Shown here one piece after another: positions 25,368 through 33,155 of a stretch of DNA of 64,000 bases; within the stretch, counting starts at the first letter, position 1, and every line of letters begins with the position of its first letter. The notes below the pieces were generated by a model, which searched no databases, was not told the DNA's origin, and saw only the letters and a list, made by a program, of their open reading frames with translations. A program made the position numbers and the translations under genes. Origin of the DNA: a virus; the IMG/VR virus record IMGVR_UViG_3300028920_000027, positions 32,001 to 96,000 of that record, one strand, 5' to 3'.

Positions 25368-27434
25368 CTACTTCTTCCTCGCGCGGGCACGCTCTAGATA
25401 CTCCAGAATCAAGCTGGAGACTTCCTGACTCACGTCCAGCGACCCGATGTTGTCCTCCAGGGACGCCGATGTGTCCAAATCCTGCTGCTGTCGCAGCGAC
25501 CGCGCAAACTCCTCGATGACCTCCTGACGCTGCTCCTGCCGATCTTTCTTCTCCAGGTCGAACACCTCACTGGCAGGGGGTACCCGCAGGGGGACCTCTT
25601 GGGCGCTGATCCCGCTGAAGTTCGTCTGGAGGATCGCAACCTTAGGGACCCGAGTCAGATTCTCCTTAACCAGAGCGCCACGACTGAGAGCGCCCAGGTT
25701 GACGAAGGTCTTCCCGCCAACCTTCACGATCCCCTGGTCGATGTGCCAATGCCCAAAGCAGTTGTGTACCAGCAAACCCCCAGCAACGTACTGCTCTGAA
25801 CTGGTTCGGAAGTTGTGGACGGGCCCCTTGTAGGCGACGTCGCATATTTCAGTGATCCTTGCATAATACAAGCCCTCATGGAAGAAGCCGGACACACGGG
25901 TTTTCTGACGCTCTGGGGGCCTAATCCCCATGCGAGAGGCTAACTCGCAACCAGAGTCCCCATAGAAGGCCACAATGTGGCAGGGGTGGTTCTGGTGCTG
26001 TTTAGGAGGACACACTTGGAAGCAGGGGCGCCAGCCCACAGACAGAGCCAGGAAGAACAATTGGAAAGCCAGTTTCCGAGAAGCTGTAGCCCCCGCAACC
26101 TCTACCTTGGTCGACCTGGCATGCCCATCCCCCAACAGCCAGCCAAGCAGAAGCTCCTTACGATCAATAGTCGGACGTTCCCATACCCAAGCAGAGACCT
26201 CTTTTTGGTCTGAATAGCGGCCGCCGTGCTCTTTGAAAAAGGCGGTGATGTTGAGACCGTAGGCGCACAGTTGGATGCAGTTGGGGTTATCTGGGTGCGC
26301 GTGCTCATGAACGGTCAAACCGAAGTGACGCTTCACAAGAGTCTTGACGTCGAGGTGTAAGGCATGTTCGAGAATATGAAAACTCCAGCCAACACCGGCT
26401 ACAGGGGCGCCCTTGCGATTGTTGATCAAGTGCCCCTCAGCAAGATAATAACCTAGTAGTCGAGACAGTCCTGCATACGAACGAGCCTCCGTGGGAACTG
26501 AAGGAACGGGCACCCCCAAGTAGTCACCCTTAACAAGGCTTCCTGCGGCGCACCAAGTGGGCTCCACGAAAGGCTTGTCAGTGCAACTACTACAGGGCGC
26601 TGATGAGGCCGTCTTATCTGGGTAACAACGGCGATTAACCTTGGCGGCCCAGAAGGGGTGTTCTGACGTAACACCTTCAACGAGCGGAGGTAGCCCCTCG
26701 ACCTCGAAATGGATCAGAGGCTCATTCACTTGCCTTGGGGGGTGGACAGCCTCCACCACGGTCGACTTTGAGCCCGCCATGTGCTGGCCGACCTGCACGT
26801 CCTCAATGGGGATAGGTCGGTATAAGGCGTCCAGTACAGGTGTCTGTGGGGGAAAGCACCAGGCATCAGGGCCCCCTTCATAGACGAGATCCCTGTATCG
26901 GAAAACTGGCTCCCCAAAAAACTCCTCAACGCGGGTAGGCGGATTCTCAGCAGCAAGCTGGTGGACGATGGCTACCAAGTGCTCCCCGTCCTTCTTGTGT
27001 GCCTGCCGCAGCTCGTCGAGGGTACGGTTGGGGGCGTAGGGAAACCCCACCACGCGTACGCATTCGGGCCCCTCCCCAAACGTCACGTCCCGCAACTTCT
27101 TGAACACCCCCGCCTCGTAGAGGACGCCGATGGGTTGCCTATCCACAGTGTCGAGGTTGTTATGGGCCATGTCGTGGTTGCCCTCGACATGGTACACCGG
27201 ACAAGGATAACCAGCGTGTAGAGACGCCGTACGCGCTACCAAGGCGTGTGAATTGCGAGTGGCCGCCTTGACGTGGAAGTAGTCACCCCCATCGAGCACC
27301 GCCTCGACCGCTTGCTCTTCCGCGATGTGACCCACCTGAGTCAGCAGGTCCCACACCTCTGCCTGGTAGTCGCCCTTCCAACTCAAGGGGGAGCGATCTG
27401 ATACATGGCAATCGGTGCGGAACAGCAGCTTCAT
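25368..27434 (-). CDS. sbcD: Mre11/SbcD-like metallophosphoesterase nuclease with intein
   Basis: TDCH, GGDYFH, GNHD, VHQ, GHWH motifs; intein sits just before GHWH. Confidence 0.88.
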   Translation of the reverse strand: MKLLFRTDCHVSDRSPLSWKGDYQAEVWDLLTQVGHIAEEQAVEAVLDGGDYFHVKAATRNSHALVARTASLHAGYPCPVYHVEGNHDMAHNNLDTVDRQPIGVLYEAGVFKKLRDVTFGEGPECVRVVGFPYAPNRTLDELRQAHKKDGEHLVAIVHQLAAENPPTRVEEFFGEPVFRYRDLVYEGGPDAWCFPPQTPVLDALYRPIPIEDVQVGQHMAGSKSTVVEAVHPPRQVNEPLIHFEVEGLPPLVEGVTSEHPFWAAKVNRRCYPDKTASSAPCSSCTDKPFVEPTWCAAGSLVKGDYLGVPVPSVPTEARSYAGLSRLLGYYLAEGHLINNRKGAPVAGVGWSFHILEHALHLDVKTLVKRHFGLTVHEHAHPDNPNCIQLCAYGLNITAFFKEHGGRYSDQKEVSAWVWERPTIDRKELLLGWLLGDGHARSTKVEVAGATASRKLAFQLFFLALSVGWRPCFQVCPPKQHQNHPCHIVAFYGDSGCELASRMGIRPPERQKTRVSGFFHEGLYYARITEICDVAYKGPVHNFRTSSEQYVAGGLLVHNCFGHWHIDQGIVKVGGKTFVNLGALSRGALVKENLTRVPKVAILQTNFSGISAQEVPLRVPPASEVFDLEKKDRQEQRQEVIEEFARSLRQQQDLDTSASLEDNIGSLDVSQEVSSLILEYLERARARKK
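25761..26858 (-). mobile_element. Intein with LAGLIDADG endonuclease in Mre11/SbcD (366 aa)
   Basis: Starts CFPPQTPV, ends GGLLVHN followed by +1 Cys; LLGYYLAEGH and LLLGWLLGDGH. Confidence 0.92.
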
Positions 27435-28783
27435 CAGTGAATACGATGTCCCGGTTCGAGCCGTTGCTCACAAGTTGGGCACGCGCCAAGTGCCTCGAAC
27501 TCGCTGATCAACTGGGTGACTTCATTCTCACACCGAACACAGCGAGCTTCTGCTTCTTCGACTTCAGCCGCCAGCTTGTCGTACCGAGTCGCAGTCTGGC
27601 AAAGCCAGACGAACTGCTGGTAACTTGCCTTCAAGGTTTTAGGGTCCAGCAGCTTGGGCTTGACCGCCTCGGTGAGCGTCAAAAACTTGACCTTGAGCCG
27701 CTTCAGGTAGTTGAGCCACTTGACCAAACGCTTCAGCTCTTCCCTCGCCTGATGGATGGGCTCGAGTTTCGGCAGCTCGACCAGGCAGGTTTGCTCCAGC
27801 GTCACAATCTGCGGCTCCAGAGGCGTCAGCCGATCGCTCCAACCGGTCAGCAAGGTAAACTCTTCCCGCTGCTCGGCAGGGGGTTTCATGAGAGCCGGCT
27901 TCGTAGCAGTCTCCAGGGCGTCCACATGGGCCACCAAAGCTTCGTAGTCATGCTCGAAGCGCCTCAGGTCCAGGATTCTGTGAAAGCTCTCCTGAAGGCT
28001 CTGAGGGACCGGTAACTCGGGCTTAACCGCCGTGCGCAAAGCTCGAATGGCCACCGCGTACTCTTCCAGCTTCGACAGAAACCCCAAGAGCCGATCTAGC
28101 TCGTCCCCCACAGCCTCGACCCGCTTTCGGTCGGCCTCAACTTCCCGGACCCGAGTGGTGGCCTCATCGAGGCCGTCGTAGGTCTTCAACTCGTCTTCCA
28201 GCTTGATGAGGTCCCCCACCCGAACCTTGCGTTCGGACACCGCCGCACGCCGGTCTTTCTCAACCAAGCGTAGGGCCTCGTTCAGGTCATCGAGCTTGGC
28301 CACGTCCCCAAGGACGTCCGCCGCTACTGAGCCCGACTCCCCGAGCAAGAAGATCGGCTTGAACTGGTCCCCCACCTGGACAACAACCTTGTCGTCCCCA
28401 ACTTTGAGTGGCTCGAACCCTTCCAAGAAGTGGAGGTTGCCACGTTCGACCTTAGTGTAGACCTGCTTCTTTCCCGCAGTATTCCACACGGTGTACTGAT
28501 TGACAGCATCACCCTTCTCCCACTTAAAGGTCATCTTGCCAACGATCTCGATACGCACCGTGCAATGACACTTGCACTTCTTGGCGTTGCGCCGAATACG
28601 GGCGCACGTTGCAGGGCTATGGCGCACAAAGTCTGACCCCTTGGCTCCGGTAAGAGCATACTTGACGGCTCGGATCAGGGCGCTCTTCCCAATGTTCGAC
28701 CTCCCGACCAAGGCGGTGAACCCGTCAACCTCGACCTCGACGTGCTCCAGGCTCTGAAAGTTGTCGACTGTGATCTTCAGCAT
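27434..28783 (-). CDS. sbcC: Rad50/SbcC N-terminal half ending at the zinc hook
   Basis: ITVDNFQSL, Walker A GRSNIGKS, Q-loop QVGDQ, long coil, terminal CPTC. Confidence 0.85.
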   Translation of the reverse strand: MLKITVDNFQSLEHVEVEVDGFTALVGRSNIGKSALIRAVKYALTGAKGSDFVRHSPATCARIRRNAKKCKCHCTVRIEIVGKMTFKWEKGDAVNQYTVWNTAGKKQVYTKVERGNLHFLEGFEPLKVGDDKVVVQVGDQFKPIFLLGESGSVAADVLGDVAKLDDLNEALRLVEKDRRAAVSERKVRVGDLIKLEDELKTYDGLDEATTRVREVEADRKRVEAVGDELDRLLGFLSKLEEYAVAIRALRTAVKPELPVPQSLQESFHRILDLRRFEHDYEALVAHVDALETATKPALMKPPAEQREEFTLLTGWSDRLTPLEPQIVTLEQTCLVELPKLEPIHQAREELKRLVKWLNYLKRLKVKFLTLTEAVKPKLLDPKTLKASYQQFVWLCQTATRYDKLAAEVEEAEARCVRCENEVTQLISEFEALGACPTCEQRLEPGHRIH

Positions 28784-30177
28784 CAGTCAGCCAGAGCTTC
28801 CTCCGCCTCCGCAACATCATCAGGCTCGTCCACGTCCCCCATGCCTTCCCCACTATCTTCCTCTTCGATATCTGAAGCCTCGAAGGCGTCTTCGTCGAAG
28901 TCCGAGGGGACGTCGTCGAGAACTGTATCTCCGGCGTCTCCCATGATGACGTTGAGGCCGTCGAGGCCCTCTTCAATCAAATCTTCCTGAGAGGGGTCCT
29001 CACCCAGGGCCGCCAAATCTTCCGAGCGAATGGCCTCCCCCACCAATCCCTTGACCTCTGTGAAAATGGATGGGTGCTCGCGGAAGAAGGTTCGCATTCC
29101 CTCTCTACCCTTGATCTTGTGCGGACCGTAGGTGTACACCGCACCATTGCGCTTGACGATACCGTGAGCACTTGCAGTATCGATGATACTGAACAGCTCG
29201 TCGATGCCCTGTCCATAGCGGATGAAGATCTCAGTCTCGTGACCTTGCTTACCATCAAGCTTGTTCTTGATGACACGGACGTTGGTCTTGTTGCCGTAGG
29301 GGAAGGACCGGGACTTGCGCGTGGCAGGGTCCTTGCGCTTGACATACTCATGTCCCTTGCTGGTCGTACGCAATCGAACGGCACAGTAGAACTTGAGGGC
29401 CTTACCGCCTGATGTGTTTTTGTTGGCGCCCTTGGCCTGCTGACCGTCGATGGCCGAGCGCTCCTGGTTGACCCAGATAAGGGAGGTACCCCTCCCAGGC
29501 GCGTCGTGGAGCCACTTCTGAATCAGGGGCAGGAAGCGACTCATCTGGCGAGCCTGAGCACCGATGGTCTCTGCCTGGTCGACCTTCTTGCCCAAGCTCG
29601 ATGCAGGGATCATGGCAGACACACTGTCCACCACGATCAGGTCGGCCCCCGCCATGATCGAGATGTAGATGTCCTTGACCCCATCCTCCAACGTGTTGGG
29701 TTGGTAGATGAGGAGATTACTCTGATCGAAGTTGACCCCTAGATTCTGGGCATACCCATGTTGGAGGGCATGCTCAAAGTCGAGAAACACCGCCACGCCG
29801 CCTTCCTGTTGGGCACTAGCGACGGCCTCCAACGACATGGTGGTCTTCCCGCTCGACTCTGGACCGTACAGCTCGACCATGTAGCGGCGGGGGTACCCCG
29901 GACAGACGAGAGTCTTCCCATCAGTTGCCAGAGTGCCACCGATCAAGGTATCCACCAAGAGACTACCTGACGGTACCACATCGAGCCCACTCAAGTTCTT
30001 TGAGACAGGATCAGCGCCCATGTTCTTCTTGATGTTGGCGCGGATAAGGCCAGCTACGTCCTTCTTGGACCCTGCCTTCTTCGTGACTGCCGCCTTCTTG
30101 ACGGGAGCCTTCTTCGCCGCCTTCTTGACGGGAGCCTTCTTCGCCGGGGTAGTGATGGTTTTCTTCGTAGCAGCCAT
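28783..30177 (-). CDS. recA: RecA recombinase with Lys/Ala-rich N-tail and acidic C-tail
   Basis: GPESSGKT, DFEHAL, VDSVSAM, QARQMS, SGGKALKFY, KNK. Confidence 0.95.
   Translation of the reverse strand: MAATKKTITTPAKKAPVKKAAKKAPVKKAAVTKKAGSKKDVAGLIRANIKKNMGADPVSKNLSGLDVVPSGSLLVDTLIGGTLATDGKTLVCPGYPRRYMVELYGPESSGKTTMSLEAVASAQQEGGVAVFLDFEHALQHGYAQNLGVNFDQSNLLIYQPNTLEDGVKDIYISIMAGADLIVVDSVSAMIPASSLGKKVDQAETIGAQARQMSRFLPLIQKWLHDAPGRGTSLIWVNQERSAIDGQQAKGANKNTSGGKALKFYCAVRLRTTSKGHEYVKRKDPATRKSRSFPYGNKTNVRVIKNKLDGKQGHETEIFIRYGQGIDELFSIIDTASAHGIVKRNGAVYTYGPHKIKGREGMRTFFREHPSIFTEVKGLVGEAIRSEDLAALGEDPSQEDLIEEGLDGLNVIMGDAGDTVLDDVPSDFDEDAFEASDIEEEDSGEGMGDVDEPDDVAEAEEALAD
30092..30145. repeat. 27-bp tandem repeat x2 (AKKAPVKKA)
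   Basis: gccttcttgacgggagccttcttcgcc at 30092 and 30119. Confidence 0.9.
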
Positions 30178-30179
30178 GT

Positions 30180-30842
30180 TCAGGTCTCCACATCCACATC
30201 CTCCGGAGCCAACTGACTGAACCGGAAGTATCGACTGTTCTCTTTGAAAGCGAGCCCCGCCCTCGTAGTCTTGCCCGCGTTGCGCCCGCGTGTGTAGGTG
30301 TGAATGCGCGCGTAAGAGTTGCGCTCCGAAGGGGTCAGCTCATCCTCACTAATCTTGCCGTTCACGAAATTCCAGAAGCGCGCGGCCTGGCGAGCAACGA
30401 TGAAGGCGTCAGCCTCGTTGTGATTCCAGCGCTGGATACCAGTATCCCCCCTGGCAGCGTCCACCATGTCAGCTTTCTCCATTCGACCACGCCGAACCTT
30501 GGGATCCATCCGCGCCAACGACTTGAGGCTCGTTGGGTCGAAGTAGACAACATCCTTACGGGACAAGTATGCTGCTTCGTTGACCTGGACAAACAGGCCA
30601 TACATCCCTTCGGAAAACTCTTCTCCATACAATGGGGACTCGACCCCCATGGCCTCGACAGGATACCGTTCCAGCAACTCACACGTCCTCTCACGCAAGT
30701 AGATGTAGCGCTTCACAAACACCCACTTGGAGGGGGTCGAGAAAACGCCCTTGGCCCGGACCCTAGCCTCACCGCCGACTGAGTTGTCATGGACACACCA
30801 GCCGAACCCCGTAAGACTAGGGTCGAGGCCGAGCGTGATCAC
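30180..30842 (-). CDS. ruvC: RuvC-like Holliday junction resolvase
   Basis: LGLDPSLTGFGW, GVESP, K..M, NEADA acidic residue spacing. Confidence 0.85.
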   Translation of the reverse strand: MITLGLDPSLTGFGWCVHDNSVGGEARVRAKGVFSTPSKWVFVKRYIYLRERTCELLERYPVEAMGVESPLYGEEFSEGMYGLFVQVNEAAYLSRKDVVYFDPTSLKSLARMDPKVRRGRMEKADMVDAARGDTGIQRWNHNEADAFIVARQAARFWNFVNGKISEDELTPSERNSYARIHTYTRGRNAGKTTRAGLAFKENSRYFRFSQLAPEDVDVET

Positions 30843-31720
30843 ACGTTGTCGATGACGTCGTTGTAATCGCCCGTATCGTCGTCCATGTCGCTGCCGCCAG
30901 CACCATCGTCGATCCCCAGCTTGATCTTGAGATCAGCCGTGGAAAGCGAACGGAACGGATCCAGCTTCTCGTAAAGCTTGACAGCCCTCTCCAAAACCAT
31001 GGCCCTGAACTTGTCATTCCGGCGCCACGTGGCGGGGCCGTTGGCGTTGACATCGAAGTTCTGGAACCCCGAGTTGGTGCAGTCGAGCTTCACGTCCTGA
31101 TGCGCGATGTCGGTACTGTTCTTCTTCAAACTCGCGTTGAGCTTGTGAACCGCCTCGTAGCTCTTTGACGACAGACGCCATGGCTTGAGTCGCCAGTGCT
31201 TAGCCAATCGATCTTTGTCGATAGTCAGCTCCCCGTCCTCTTCCACCGTCGGGTAGATGAGCAACAAGGTGCCGAAGTAATTGCGTATGTCGCCGAGCTG
31301 CTTCCACACAGCATCGGCATCCTCGCCATCTTTGCCCATTCTGGTATACACATAGCCAATACCTTCTTTGTAGTGGGCTTCCCACTTTTTGAACTTGGCG
31401 ACGTTGATGTCGAGCTTCTCCGCTTCCGTTAAAGCGTCAACATCCTTGCCCAGCTTCTCAGCAACCTTGGCCAAGGCTCGGTTTCCGACTTCGACCATCT
31501 GCTCTCGAGTAGCCGTCTGCCCTTCCTTGGCCAACTTCCTCTTGAGGGCCAAGGCCGCCGCGATGGCGATGGGGTGGAAGTAGACAAAAGCCACGAGATG
31601 ACTGCGGCCCTTCTCAGACTTGAACCAGTCCTGCCGGTTGCCGGTTGCGTGCTTCTTGTCCTCGGGTTCTACGCCAATGTCTTCCTCATAAGCGTCGAGG
31701 TCATCAAACGGATCACTCAT
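30839..31720 (-). CDS. Probable single-stranded DNA-binding protein (gp32-like)
   Basis: Aromatic-rich core, acidic C-terminal tail, located in the recombination operon. Confidence 0.55.
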   Translation of the reverse strand: MSDPFDDLDAYEEDIGVEPEDKKHATGNRQDWFKSEKGRSHLVAFVYFHPIAIAAALALKRKLAKEGQTATREQMVEVGNRALAKVAEKLGKDVDALTEAEKLDINVAKFKKWEAHYKEGIGYVYTRMGKDGEDADAVWKQLGDIRNYFGTLLLIYPTVEEDGELTIDKDRLAKHWRLKPWRLSSKSYEAVHKLNASLKKNSTDIAHQDVKLDCTNSGFQNFDVNANGPATWRRNDKFRAMVLERAVKLYEKLDPFRSLSTADLKIKLGIDDGAGGSDMDDDTGDYNDVIDNV

Positions 31721-31821
31721 GATTCAATCTCCTAACGGTCGCCTAGTGCCCACGGTGCGTTTTCTCTGGCTTGCTTGCGGGTGGACCCAGAACGAACAAC
31801 TGACTCTACACCACGGAATGG

Positions 31822-32802
31822 TCAGAGGTCCTCAAAAAGATCGGAATAGTCCTCTCCTTCTCCATCAAGGAATGCATCCACATCGTCATCCTCGGTGTCG
31901 CCCGTATTGTGGCCCTCACCCCCGCCCTCCCCATCATCCTGGGCTTCCTCTTCCTCGACAGGGCCTTCGCCTTCGCCCTCACCCCCGCCCTCCCCATCAT
32001 CCTGGGCTTCCTCTTCCTCGACAGGGCCTTCGCCTTCGCCCTCTCTCCCATCCTCTTCCTCAACAGGCTCTTCACCGGGGCCTTCACCCTCTCCCTCGTC
32101 GCCGGTCTCGTCGGACAACAGGCTATCAACATCGATACCATCATCCCTGGAAGACCCTTCAGCGAGCTCAGGCTCAGCGAGCTCGACCTTCTTGGCTGGC
32201 GGCGGTTTCTCCGGCTCTTCCGACTTGCCTTCACCCTCGACTCCTTTGAGGATATTCTCGTCGAAAATGACGGATAGCTCGTCCTCGTCGGGGACCCCGA
32301 CCTTCCCTCGACCCTCGCCCGTTTCGTCGCCGTACTGCCCCCCTGCCTCGACCTCGACTTGGAGGAGCGATCGTTGAAGACGAATGGCACTCATTGTCTC
32401 TTGAAGTTCCTGGTGCCGCATCTTGACGGCCTTTTCAACGAAGTCCACGTCAGCAATGGTATGCTTGATCTTCTCGATCTTCTGGTACTCATCCCTTTGG
32501 AGCATAGCGATCATGGCGCGGCGATCTTCGATCGCTGGAAGACGACTGACTCGGTTGTCACTAACCAGCAGGTTCTGGGCGCCAATGTCGTAAGCCGTTT
32601 GAAGCTCGCTCAACTGCATCGTCAACATGTGCTTTTGACGACTGAGCTTGGACCGCAGGACCCCCGCAGCGTTGAGAAAACCACGAGTCTTGCTGATTAT
32701 CCCCATCAGGTACTCAGTACCTCTGGCAGCGGGATTAGGATCAAGCTCAATGACGTAGGTGTCAATCTGGTCGTAGATCTTTTGGGCTTGCTCGGGGGTC
32801 AT
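31822..32802 (-). CDS. Coiled-coil protein with long acidic tail (326 aa)
   Basis: Helical N-half; E/D/G-rich C-half containing a repeat. Confidence 0.75.
   Translation of the reverse strand: MTPEQAQKIYDQIDTYVIELDPNPAARGTEYLMGIISKTRGFLNAAGVLRSKLSRQKHMLTMQLSELQTAYDIGAQNLLVSDNRVSRLPAIEDRRAMIAMLQRDEYQKIEKIKHTIADVDFVEKAVKMRHQELQETMSAIRLQRSLLQVEVEAGGQYGDETGEGRGKVGVPDEDELSVIFDENILKGVEGEGKSEEPEKPPPAKKVELAEPELAEGSSRDDGIDVDSLLSDETGDEGEGEGPGEEPVEEEDGREGEGEGPVEEEEAQDDGEGGGEGEGEGPVEEEEAQDDGEGGGEGHNTGDTEDDDVDAFLDGEGEDYSDLFEDL
31912..32043. repeat. 63-bp tandem repeat x2 (GEGEGPVEEEEAQDDGEGGGE)
   Basis: Identical units start at 31912 and 31975. Confidence 0.9.
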
Positions 32803-33155
32803 GAGTCTGGATTCTCCTGCTTTTCCAACAGCTTCTTGATGCGAACGTCGTATCGCTCGCAGGCAGCCTTCAGCTCACCACTCGCCGTTTGCTTTGAGAC
32901 CATCCGCCGGACTACTGCATCCAAGTAGACCTGGGTCACGATCCTCTTGCTGACGAGGCACGCTACGACCTCAGCTTCCTCGGGAGCCCACCCCTCTCGG
33001 TTTTCCCGCTGAGCCGTAGCCGACACCATGCTCCACCGCTTCTGACCGTTGGCGTCTCGGTCCTCGATGGAGAAACCAATTGTCACTCGACCGAAGCGGA
33101 TCTCACTCTCCAGCTGATTGAGCCGCTCCTGTGGTGTCTGTGGTGTCTTTGGCAT
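32799..33155 (-). CDS. Hypothetical protein (118 aa)
   Basis: Operon-coupled; GGTGTAAAGA 6 nt upstream of ATG. Confidence 0.7.
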   Translation of the reverse strand: MPKTPQTPQERLNQLESEIRFGRVTIGFSIEDRDANGQKRWSMVSATAQRENREGWAPEEAEVVACLVSKRIVTQVYLDAVVRRMVSKQTASGELKAACERYDVRIKKLLEKQENPDS

